A stretch of DNA of 64,000 bases from an uncultured Actinomycetes bacterium (GTDB lineage: Bacteria; Actinomycetota; Thermoleophilia; UBA2241): NCBI GenBank assembly GCA_963767005.1, contig CAVYCN010000010.1, positions 100,059-164,058 of the forward strand, written 5' to 3'. Position numbers and translations under genes: made by a program. Below the pieces are notes generated by a model that ran no database searches, was not told the origin of the DNA, and was given only the letters and a program-made list of their open reading frames with translations. Shown piece by piece: positions 40,650-49,184 of the stretch. How positions within the stretch are numbered: position 1 is the first letter of the stretch; every line of letters starts with the position of its first letter.

Positions 40650-40727
40650 ATGAAGAAGATCGAAAACGCTCTTGCGTCGATAGTCCTTGTGCTGGTCGCG
40701 TCAGGCGGAAGCGGCAAGATCCATTAG
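40650..40727 (+). CDS. Putative 25-aa signalling-peptide precursor MKKIENALASIVLVLVASGGSGKIH
   Basis: ATG 40650 preceded by AGAAGGT; stop TAG 40725-40727; basic N-terminus, hydrophobic core and short polar tail; immediately upstream of the HD-GYP gene; below the ORF-track length cutoff. Confidence 0.65.
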   Translation: MKKIENALASIVLVLVASGGSGKIH

Positions 40728-40805
40728 GAAACCCGCATCGCCCTAAAGCGCAGCCCTCGGCGCGCCGATACATACGTGTTGCACGTGGTGCTGCGCGAGG
40801 TGCGG

Positions 40806-42236
40806 GTGGATCACCGGGAACGCAATTTCAAGGTGCTCGCTGCTACGGCGAGTGCTGTTGCCATTGTCTGCGTAGGCTATGCCGGGCGCATTGCGTCCGG
40901 CGTGGGCGTATCGCATAGCGCTCTGAGCACTGTCATCCTCGCTCTTATCGCCATCATCGCAGAGGAGATGGCGGTGGAGGTGCGGGAGCGCGTCACAATG
41001 ACTGCGGGCAACCTGCCTGTGCTTCTTGCGCTCATGTTCTTGGGCCCCATCCCTGCCATGGCCGTCGCAGCAATCGTAGGCTTGTGGGGTGCTTGGCGGG
41101 AGAACTCCCGGTCCGTAGTCATCTACAACTGCTCTCAGCTCGTCATATCGGCCTTCGTGGCAGGCGGCTTGTTTGCTGTTCTGAGACAAAGGTTCGACAT
41201 CCCCTTGGACAGCGTCACTGTTCCCTTGCTAGCAGCCGGCGCGGTCAGCGGGGTCACCTACGAGGCGGTCAACAATCTCCTGATCAGTCTGGCTGCGCTT
41301 GCTAAGTACGGAACGTCACTCACAGCTTTCTGGCGGGATGACATGCCGTCGCTGTTGCTCCGTTCCCTCGTGTTTGTGGTCGGACTGGGACTGGCCATGG
41401 CTGCGCTCTACGCAACTGCCGGAGTAACCGCTGTGGCGCTGCTTTTCATCCCCGTGTTTGCTAGCCAGTACATGTTCAAACTCTTGGTCAGAGAGAGGGC
41501 TCACGTCGCCAAACAACAGGAGCTCACGGACAAGTATCTGGAGATGAACCTCGGTCTGGCGGTCGCCATGGTCGTCCTCCTCGACAGCAAGGACCAGTAC
41601 ACCGCCGACCACTCCGCCGCCGTCGCAATGTACTGTCGCGACATGGCCCTGGCGGCCGGCATGGGCGAGGCCGAGGCCGAGGAGATCCACCTCGCCGGCC
41701 TCCTCCACGATTTGGGGAAGGTCGGCACGCCCGACGCGATCCTGCGCAAGGATTCGAGTCTGGACGACGACGAGTGGGGCTACATCCAGCAGCATCCCGA
41801 GAAGGGCGCCGAAGTCCTCTCGCATCTGGCCGCCTATCAGAACGTCGCCGACATCGTGCGCTACCACCACGAGCGGCTTGACGGCACCGGCTATCCATTC
41901 GGCCTCACGAGCGAGTCGATCCCTGAAGCCAGCAAGATGCTCGCGGTCGCCGACACGTACCACGCCATGACGTCGGACCGTCCGTACCGCCGGGCGCTGA
42001 GTTCTTTCGAAGCCCTGAAGGAGATACGAGCAATGGCGGGCGTTGCGCTCGATGCGCGCTGGGTCGAGATTCTCGCCGGCATCCTGCGAGACAAGGATCT
42101 CGCCTACCGTGACGGCAGCGCGACCGACTTCATGGACGAGTACGAGCGCGGGCGCCTGAACCTGCGCCTCAGGGGCGAGGCGCTGGCCGATCTGCGCGGG
42201 CTCTCGCGGTCGCGTCAGGACCCAGCGGCAGGCTGA
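40806..42236 (+). CDS. HD-GYP c-di-GMP phosphodiesterase with N-terminal multi-TM sensor domain
   Basis: About 6-7 TM N-terminus; KDQYTADHS, LLHDLGKVG, HPEKG, HHERLDGTGYP, MTSDRPYR; start GTG 40806 after GAGG (the track start is 40776). Confidence 0.9.
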   Translation: MDHRERNFKVLAATASAVAIVCVGYAGRIASGVGVSHSALSTVILALIAIIAEEMAVEVRERVTMTAGNLPVLLALMFLGPIPAMAVAAIVGLWGAWRENSRSVVIYNCSQLVISAFVAGGLFAVLRQRFDIPLDSVTVPLLAAGAVSGVTYEAVNNLLISLAALAKYGTSLTAFWRDDMPSLLLRSLVFVVGLGLAMAALYATAGVTAVALLFIPVFASQYMFKLLVRERAHVAKQQELTDKYLEMNLGLAVAMVVLLDSKDQYTADHSAAVAMYCRDMALAAGMGEAEAEEIHLAGLLHDLGKVGTPDAILRKDSSLDDDEWGYIQQHPEKGAEVLSHLAAYQNVADIVRYHHERLDGTGYPFGLTSESIPEASKMLAVADTYHAMTSDRPYRRALSSFEALKEIRAMAGVALDARWVEILAGILRDKDLAYRDGSATDFMDEYERGRLNLRLRGEALADLRGLSRSRQDPAAG

Positions 42237-42753
42237 CCAGAGCCCTTGCGACAATGGCTGCGGCGACGGCCTTCGCAACGTCGCCCGGCAGGAACTGGAG
42301 GACCCCTCCCCACACGACGACGTGGAAGCTGTTCGTTTGCAGTTGCAGTGCAAGCCAGGTTGCGCCGAGCGCGTAGATCGGCACAAGCCCGGCCAGTGCG
42401 ACGGGGAGCGCGGCCCGGAGGGTGCGCGGCTTGAGCCGATCCGAGAGCCAGCCGACCAGGCCAGCCGCGACCACGAACCCGAACAGATAGCCGCCTGCCG
42501 GGCCGGCCAGAGCACCTGGCCCTGACGCGCCCTGCGCGTACACGGGCGCGACCAGCCCCATCAGGAGATAGACCGTGAGGCTCAGCACGCCCAGCCGAGC
42601 GCCGAGAACGAGGCCGGCGAGCAGGACGAACGCTACCTGCAGGGTGAACGGCACCGGCCCGAAGAACGGCGCCGAAACGAACGCTCCGAGCGACACCAGC
42701 GCCGCGAACAACGCGGCGAGCGCGAGATCACGGGGTGTGAGGCGGGAGAACAA
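42169..42753 (-). CDS. bioY: Biotin transporter BioY
   Basis: GPVPFTLQ, AGLVLGARLG, GPAGGYLFGF, FLPGDVAKA; downstream of birA. Confidence 0.9.
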   Translation of the reverse strand: MFSRLTPRDLALAALFAALVSLGAFVSAPFFGPVPFTLQVAFVLLAGLVLGARLGVLSLTVYLLMGLVAPVYAQGASGPGALAGPAGGYLFGFVVAAGLVGWLSDRLKPRTLRAALPVALAGLVPIYALGATWLALQLQTNSFHVVVWGGVLQFLPGDVAKAVAAAIVARALVSLPLGPDATARARADRPAPRP

Positions 42754-42788
42754 TTGTCAACTCGCAGAGACCACAGCGAGTTGACAAT
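42753..42788. promoter_or_regulatory. BirA-operator-like palindrome abutting the bioY start
   Basis: ATTGTCAACTCGC-N10-GCGAGTTGACAAT (TGTCAAC-N18-GTTGACA core), resembling the BirA box TGTtAAC-N14-16-GTTaACA. Confidence 0.7.
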
Positions 42789-42839
42789 GTAGCGGCTCGG
42801 GCGGCGCCCTGTAAAGGGTGCGGCCCGAGCCCGCTCGCG

Positions 42840-43859
42840 CTACCGGTGCAGCGTCACGTCACCCGAGTGGAACCGCCTGATGTGGCGGTCGGGGAGCTCG
42901 ACCAGTAGCGCCCCGCGGTCGTCGATGCCGGCGGCCTCACCCATGACGAGCCCTTCACGGGTCTGCATGCTCACGCTGCGATGGAGGAGGTAGTCGCGCT
43001 CGCGGAACTCGCGGAGGGTGCGCTCGAAGCCGTTCGCGAGACAGTCGAGGTAGGTCTTCTCGAGCGTGAGCAGGATCCGTGCCAGGAGCACGCTGCGATC
43101 GACCGTCTTGTCGGTCGCCATCTTGAGCGACGTCGCCGTCTTGCGCAGCGCGACGGGCAGCTCGGTGAACTCGACGTTGACGTTGATGCCGATGCCGGCG
43201 ACTACCCAGTCCACCCGGTCCTGCTCGCCGGAGACCTCGAGCAGGATGCCGCCGGCCTTCTTGTTGTCGATGATGATGTCGTTCGGCCACTTCAGGTGCA
43301 CGGGGATCTTCGCCTGCGCCTCGATCGCCTCAGCCACGGCGTCGCCGGTCGTCAGCGTGAGCATGTGAGCGTCGGTCATCGCGAGGCTGGGCCGCAGGAT
43401 GACCGAGAAAAGCAGGCCCTTGCCGGGCGGAGACGTCCAGGTGCGCCCGAGCCTGCCCCTGCCCTTGAGCTGGCTCTCGGCGACGACGACGGTGCCTTCG
43501 GGCGCGCCCTCGGTCGCGAGGCGGCGGCCTTCGGTGTTGGTCGACTCGATCTCGTCGTAGTAGCGAAACGACTTTCCGAGCGCCGACTTCTCGGTGAGCT
43601 TGGCCACAACGGGCATGACCAGACGCCTCGGCTCTTCCTCGAGCCGATAGCCGCGGCGCGAGATGCCGAGGATGCGGAAGCCACGTGCGCGCAGGGAGTT
43701 GACGTGCTTGTGGACCGCGTTGCGCGAGATGCCGAGCGAGTCGCTGATCGCCTGACCGGAGACGAAGCCAGGATTGTCGCGGAGGATCTCGATGACAGTC
43801 TTCTTGCGTGGGCTCATGCGCTGTGACTCAACGAAGACGATGGATGCGGATGATTCCAT
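42840..43859 (-). CDS. birA: Bifunctional biotin-protein ligase / biotin repressor BirA
   Basis: N-terminal HTH (VSGQAISDSLGISRNAVHKHV), STN, QLKGRGRLGRTW, KWPND, KAGGIL, GIGIN; GGAGG RBS. Confidence 0.95.
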   Translation of the reverse strand: MESSASIVFVESQRMSPRKKTVIEILRDNPGFVSGQAISDSLGISRNAVHKHVNSLRARGFRILGISRRGYRLEEEPRRLVMPVVAKLTEKSALGKSFRYYDEIESTNTEGRRLATEGAPEGTVVVAESQLKGRGRLGRTWTSPPGKGLLFSVILRPSLAMTDAHMLTLTTGDAVAEAIEAQAKIPVHLKWPNDIIIDNKKAGGILLEVSGEQDRVDWVVAGIGINVNVEFTELPVALRKTATSLKMATDKTVDRSVLLARILLTLEKTYLDCLANGFERTLREFRERDYLLHRSVSMQTREGLVMGEAAGIDDRGALLVELPDRHIRRFHSGDVTLHR

Positions 43860-43915
43860 GGCCCCCCTCCGGTGTGGTTGTGGGAGGAGGCTAGCGGTCT
43901 GAGCTCAGGGGCGAA

Positions 43916-46777
43916 TCAGTCCCCGGTTGTATCTTGTCCGGTCCGCGGTTCGATGTACGCGCGATAGTACAGCACGGCCTGGACGCGGTCGCTGACGCCG
44001 AGCTTCGTGAAGATGTGGTTGACATGCGTCTTGACGGTCTTCTCGGAAAGGAACAGGCGTCTCGCAATCTCTGGATTCCGATGGCCGGCGGCGATGAGGC
44101 TCAGGACTTGCTCTTCTCGGCCGGTGAGCTCTGAGACTGGGGATGGCCCATCGTGACGCGGGAGGGCTCTGCGGATGGCGCGGAGCTCACGGATCTGACC
44201 GCCCTTCCTAGCCTCGACAAGCAATTGCTGAACTACGGCTTCAGGCGCGTCGTGCGTGCAGATTTCTACCACAAGGGCGCGAAGACTGCGGTCATCTGCC
44301 TGTAGCATCCGCACAAGCAGCGGCACTGACCTCTGGCTGTGTAGGAGCGCTTTGATCAGGGCCGCTCGCCAAGCTTTCAGGTTCTCGTCGTGACCTGCTT
44401 GAAGCCCTAAGTCAGGCCACTGAGCGAACTCTTGGCAGAGGAAGTCGACGTGTCCCAGGCACAGTTGTGCCGGCAGACACCGGCGGAGCGCTTCCATGGC
44501 TGTGTCTGCCTCACCCGCCCGTGAGGCTAGGATGGCGCTGAAGAAGTCGCATTCGTTTGCGATGAAAGCTAGGTCGAGACTTTCGCACCTACGCCGAAGC
44601 TCCCCCAGCCTGTCTAGTCCTCCACCATGGAGTAGGCCGTGGGACAAGTGCAGGCCCGCTTCGGCCGACAGGAGTGGGGAAGGCGCCTGCGTCTTGCGTC
44701 CTGACTCGATCGCGGCCTGGTACAGTTCGAGAGCTTCCTCCACTCGCCCCGCGTGTCTAAGAGCGTCCGCCAGTCCGCAGAGCGTTGTGGGAAGGGACCA
44801 GGTGTCCTGCGCAATTCGGGAAGACTCCGCCAGCCGTTCGAAGATGTCTTTGGCTGCGCCCAAGTCACCGTTCGCTGCCAAGAGACGAGCGAATCCCTCG
44901 TCGAACATGTGCCGCAGGTGGTCCAGACCGAGTCGCTCACACTGATCGATGCAAAGATGGGCTGTCGCAGCCGCCTCGTTGTAGCGCCCCAAGTCACGCA
45001 AGAGATCCGTGAGAACCCCGATGAGGGTGACTTTGAGTTGCCCTGAACCCGAGGTCTCGACGAACGGGAGGACCTGCCTGAGACCTGACTCTGCGTCCAG
45101 GAAGCATCCGCGGAGGTATTTCACATTGGCGCGCAACGCCGCGAGTCGTGCGCTTTCTTGAGGGCACACGGAGTGCATTGACTCGGCCTCGCTCCACAGG
45201 CGCTCGGCTTCTCTCCAGCGGCACACGTAGCTGCGTGCCGAGCCGAGGCTCACGAGCGTGTGCACTCTTTGCTCGGTCGTGGTGGCGGCCTCCAACGCTG
45301 CCTCGCAGTACGTCGCCGCCTGTTCGAAGTCGCCCTTCCAGAACCAGATGGCCTCGATTGCGCTCAGCGCGTGGTACACGCCCCACTGATCGTTGCGGGC
45401 ACGAAGCTGGGCCTCGGCGCGAGTGAGCGCGGCCAGGGCTCGGGTCGAGTCGCCCTCGCGCAACGCGAGCTGACCGGCCAGGAAGAGGACCCACGGGTCG
45501 TCTTCGGACGTGTTCGGCGCGAGGCGCTCGAGCCACGATCGGAGAGCGCCAAAGCGGCAGTTGTCGGTGACGAGCTCGCCGCTCCGCGACACTACTCCGA
45601 GCGCCCGCTCAGGCTCGTTCGCTGCGAAGTAGAGCTCGATCGCCGTTTCGGGGTCGCCGGCGCCCTCGACCGACGCTGCCGTGTGGAGTTGCTGGCTGCG
45701 GAAGGCGTCGGCGCCGTATTCGTTCGCGTACCACTGTTGCAGGTAGTCGCGAAGAAGCTGGTGGTAGCGGTACGTGCCCGTCGCACGGTCGACGAATGTG
45801 AAGACGTTGTGGGCAACAAGGCGCTCCAGCGAACGCCGTGCGTGATCGGACCTGGCGACCGTGTCGGCGAGCTGGATGGTCATGGATTCGAGGCAGCAGG
45901 TAGAAAGCAAGAATGCGACCGTCTCCGCGTCTTCTCGCCTGAACGCCTCTTCGGAGAGATAGGAGAAGACATCGCTTGTGAGCCGGGGGTCGACGAGCGC
46001 GTGCTCGATCGAACCGAGGCTCGTCCAGTCGAGCGCTCGACTGATGAGGACGAGGCTCGCAGGCCAGCCTTCGGTAAGCTCGACCAGGCGGCTTGCCTGG
46101 TCGAGATCGAGTCGCACGCCCGATCGGTGGGCGAAGAGCTCAACGACCTGGGGTGGGTCGAGTCTGAGGTCTTCGAAGGTCACCTCGGCGAGCGCGTCCT
46201 CGAGCTTCAGGCGCGCGGTGGGGACGGCGGGCTGAAACCGAGTGATCAAGACGAGATGAATGAGCGACGGCAAGTTCGCGAGCACGTAGTCGAGCGCGCG
46301 ATTGAGCTCGGCCGACGCGATGGCTTGCTGGTAGTCGTCGACGACGATGTGCAGCTCGTCGGCGACCTCGTCGCGCAGCTCGGAGACCAGTAGGGCGGTC
46401 ATCTCGGACGGCGACATGGGCGTCTCATGTGCCTCGGCGAAGCGTTCCATGAGGATGTCCCCGAACGTGGGGACGCACTCGCGGATCGCCTGTACGAGCG
46501 ACGCGACGAACACGGCCGGGTCGTGGTCGAGGACGTCGACGCGGTACCAGGCCGCTCGCCACCCCAGCCGCCGAGCGGCTTCGGCGATGACGACTGTCTT
46601 TCCGTAGCCGGCCGGTGCGCGCACCGTGAGAAGGCGCTTGCGTGCCCCAGCGGCGATCTTGCCGAGGACGTCGTCTCGGATGAGTGCCTGCCCGACGCTC
46701 GGTGTTGCGATCTTGGCGGCGACGAACGCCGGTGCCCCTGCCGGCACGCGGCGCGCCGAGCTTTGGTGGTCCCCCAC
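43916..46777 (-). CDS. MalT-type (STAND ATPase-TPR-LuxR HTH) transcriptional regulator
   Basis: RAPAGYGKT, VVDDYQ, TEGWPA, YRYHQLLRDYL, TPR-like helical repeats, ELTGREEQVL..IAAGHRNPEIARRLFLSEKTVKTHVNHIFTKL; start GTG 46777. Confidence 0.9.
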   Translation of the reverse strand: MGDHQSSARRVPAGAPAFVAAKIATPSVGQALIRDDVLGKIAAGARKRLLTVRAPAGYGKTVVIAEAARRLGWRAAWYRVDVLDHDPAVFVASLVQAIRECVPTFGDILMERFAEAHETPMSPSEMTALLVSELRDEVADELHIVVDDYQQAIASAELNRALDYVLANLPSLIHLVLITRFQPAVPTARLKLEDALAEVTFEDLRLDPPQVVELFAHRSGVRLDLDQASRLVELTEGWPASLVLISRALDWTSLGSIEHALVDPRLTSDVFSYLSEEAFRREDAETVAFLLSTCCLESMTIQLADTVARSDHARRSLERLVAHNVFTFVDRATGTYRYHQLLRDYLQQWYANEYGADAFRSQQLHTAASVEGAGDPETAIELYFAANEPERALGVVSRSGELVTDNCRFGALRSWLERLAPNTSEDDPWVLFLAGQLALREGDSTRALAALTRAEAQLRARNDQWGVYHALSAIEAIWFWKGDFEQAATYCEAALEAATTTEQRVHTLVSLGSARSYVCRWREAERLWSEAESMHSVCPQESARLAALRANVKYLRGCFLDAESGLRQVLPFVETSGSGQLKVTLIGVLTDLLRDLGRYNEAAATAHLCIDQCERLGLDHLRHMFDEGFARLLAANGDLGAAKDIFERLAESSRIAQDTWSLPTTLCGLADALRHAGRVEEALELYQAAIESGRKTQAPSPLLSAEAGLHLSHGLLHGGGLDRLGELRRRCESLDLAFIANECDFFSAILASRAGEADTAMEALRRCLPAQLCLGHVDFLCQEFAQWPDLGLQAGHDENLKAWRAALIKALLHSQRSVPLLVRMLQADDRSLRALVVEICTHDAPEAVVQQLLVEARKGGQIRELRAIRRALPRHDGPSPVSELTGREEQVLSLIAAGHRNPEIARRLFLSEKTVKTHVNHIFTKLGVSDRVQAVLYYRAYIEPRTGQDTTGD

Positions 46778-46964
46778 TGATCGGCCCCCGTTTGGAGCGT
46801 GCGCTCCTGCCCCAGTGCGCTTACTATAGCAGTCGCACGAGTGTCGGTACCTGGGACTGCCGCGGTGAAGGTTGACATAGCGATGATGGCGGACGTGACG
46901 ATGGCCGGGCGGCTGCCGGTGCTGCGTACCCACGCGCTCGGCGGCGCGTTGTCCGTCCGTTAAT

Positions 46965-49121
46965 ATGACCGTGATGAGTCAAACCCCCCAGAGACCTCCG
47001 CGGCGACGCAAGAAGAAGGAGCCGTTCGCCGTCGTCATCCTTGCGCTTGTGGTCGCGCTCGTGGCGTGGCCGTTCGAGCGGCTGGCCGGGCGCGGGCGCG
47101 AGCCGCAGGGTCGCGGCGGCGCCCGGCGGCGCCGGCCTGCCCGGCCGGCGACCGGGAGCCGGCGAGAGGCGGTCGCGAGGCCGGCCGGCGACGCCTGGGA
47201 GCCGGCGCCCGAGTTCGGCGAAGGCTGGGTGCGCGTCGGCGAGCGCGAACCGCGCGCCGCGGGCGCCGCTGAGCCGTCCGCGCGCGGCTCACGGCAGCGC
47301 GCGGGCGGTCGCGGCGGCCCCTCGCAGCGCCGCCTGGCGATCCTGCTGGTCGTGGGCGTCGTCGTGGCGCTGCTCGTCGCGGCGGTGGCCTTCGCCGAGG
47401 CGACCCAGGGCTCGGCGATCGGTCGCCACGTGAGCGTGAACGGTGTTGCGCTCGGCGGCCTCACCGTGGACCAGGCGGCGCGCAAGCTCGACAGCGTCGA
47501 GCTGACCGCCGGCGGCCTGCGGCTGACCTGGCGGGGCCACGACTGGACCCTGACCGGTCGCGCCCTGCACGCCCGCATCGAGGCGCGCCAGACGGCGCAG
47601 CTCGCCTACGCCTACACGCGCTCGGGCAACGTCGTGGCGCGCCTGTGGGACCGCTTTGCGCTGCTCTTCTCGGGCCACACGGTCGAGCCGACCGTCACCT
47701 ACGGTGAACCGGTCACGCGCGAGCGCCTCGACGCCATCACTCGCGCCGTCGACGTGAAGCCCGTCGAGGGCGCCGTCACGCTCCGCGGGGTCGATCCGGT
47801 CGCGCATGCGGCCAAGGACGGCCGCGCGGTCGACCGCGCGGCCGTCCTTGGCCTGCTGGATGCCGCGCTGCTTGCGCAGACTCACGCGAGCGTCGCTCTG
47901 CCGGTGACCACGATCAGCCCGTCGGTGTCGACGTCCGACGCCAAGGCGGCGGCCGCCACCGCGCGCGACTGGCTGTCGGGTCCGCTCTCGCTCACGCACG
48001 CCGGCCACACCTGGACGATCTCACGCCAGGACCTGGGCCAGTACCTCGCCTTCGTGCGCCAGCAGGGTTCGCCGCACCTGCGCGTGACCTTCGATTCGCC
48101 CGTCACGCGCGGCTACTTCTCGTACATCACCGCGCAGGTCGGGCAGCCCGGCAGGAACGCCACCTTCACCCTGAGCAGCGGCGGCAAGCGCGTGTGGGTC
48201 AAGCCCGGCACCACGGGCTACGGCGTCGTGCCGGGGCCGACCATCGCCAACATGGACGCGGCCGCCGCGGGCGGCGGCAGCCGCGTCGCGGCCGCGGTCT
48301 TCGGCAAGGCGCCGCCGGCCCTGAGCTACGCCGACGCCAAGGCGCTGCGCATCACGACGCGCATCGGCACTTACACCACGGGCGTGGCCGGCACCACCAA
48401 CCGCCTCGACAACGTCGCGCTCGGCTCGTCGCTGCTCAACAACACGCTGATCGCGCCGGGCAAGATCTTCTCGGTCAACGCCACGACCGGCGAGCGCACC
48501 GCGGCCAAGGGCTTCAAGATGGCGCCGACCATCATCAACGGCAAGCTCGAGGACTCGGTCGGCGGCGGCATGTGCCAGGTCTCGACGACGGTCTTCAACG
48601 CCGCCTTCGAGGCCGGCCTGCAGATCGTCGAGCGCCACAACCACGAGCTCTACATCTCGCACTACCCGCTGGGCCGCGACGCGACGGTGAGCTACGGCTC
48701 CTACGACCTCAAGTTCCGCAACGACACGCCCAACTGGATCCTGCTCAAGACCGACTTCACGGGCTGGGCGCTCACCGTGTCGCTCTACAGCGCGCCGCTG
48801 CACCGCCGGGTCGTGGCCTGGACCAACAGCTGGTACGACATCGTGCCCTTCACCGTGCACAAGTCGCGCGACCCAGCGCTGCCGAAGGGGCAGACCACGG
48901 TGCAGACGCCGGGCGTCGACGGCATGAGCCTCGACTGCTTCCGCAAGGTGTACGACGCAAGCGGCAAGCTCCTCTGGAACGACGACTTCAAGAGCGTCTA
49001 CTCGATGGTCCGCGAGATCCTTCTGGTCGGCACCAAGCAGCCGACCCCGAGCCCCAGCGGGTCGGCCACGGCGACGAGCTCGCCAAAACCCAAGCCGAGC
49101 ACGTCGTCGAGCCCGCACTGA
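46965..49121 (+). CDS. VanW-family protein with PG-binding-4 domains and a G5-like C-terminus
   Basis: NRLDNV, IAPGKIFSVN..TGERT, GGGMCQVSTTVFNAA, ERHNH, YPLGRDATV, DLKFRNDT. Confidence 0.9.
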   Translation: MTVMSQTPQRPPRRRKKKEPFAVVILALVVALVAWPFERLAGRGREPQGRGGARRRRPARPATGSRREAVARPAGDAWEPAPEFGEGWVRVGEREPRAAGAAEPSARGSRQRAGGRGGPSQRRLAILLVVGVVVALLVAAVAFAEATQGSAIGRHVSVNGVALGGLTVDQAARKLDSVELTAGGLRLTWRGHDWTLTGRALHARIEARQTAQLAYAYTRSGNVVARLWDRFALLFSGHTVEPTVTYGEPVTRERLDAITRAVDVKPVEGAVTLRGVDPVAHAAKDGRAVDRAAVLGLLDAALLAQTHASVALPVTTISPSVSTSDAKAAAATARDWLSGPLSLTHAGHTWTISRQDLGQYLAFVRQQGSPHLRVTFDSPVTRGYFSYITAQVGQPGRNATFTLSSGGKRVWVKPGTTGYGVVPGPTIANMDAAAAGGGSRVAAAVFGKAPPALSYADAKALRITTRIGTYTTGVAGTTNRLDNVALGSSLLNNTLIAPGKIFSVNATTGERTAAKGFKMAPTIINGKLEDSVGGGMCQVSTTVFNAAFEAGLQIVERHNHELYISHYPLGRDATVSYGSYDLKFRNDTPNWILLKTDFTGWALTVSLYSAPLHRRVVAWTNSWYDIVPFTVHKSRDPALPKGQTTVQTPGVDGMSLDCFRKVYDASGKLLWNDDFKSVYSMVREILLVGTKQPTPSPSGSATATSSPKPKPSTSSSPH

Positions 49122-49184
49122 CGGGCTGACGGTGCGCGCTCGCCGCGTCGCGCGCCGCCGCGGCCCCGCCTGGTGGGGCCGGAC

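Noticed and set aside
40650-43859. Idea that BirA biotinylates the peptide's terminal Lys
   Set aside because: The peptide lacks an AMKM-like context or a folded biotinyl domain; only proximity supports it.
39177-46777. Low-GC region as a prophage or integrative element
   Set aside because: No integrase, transposase, att-like direct repeats or adjacent tRNA, and the compositional boundaries fall inside genes.
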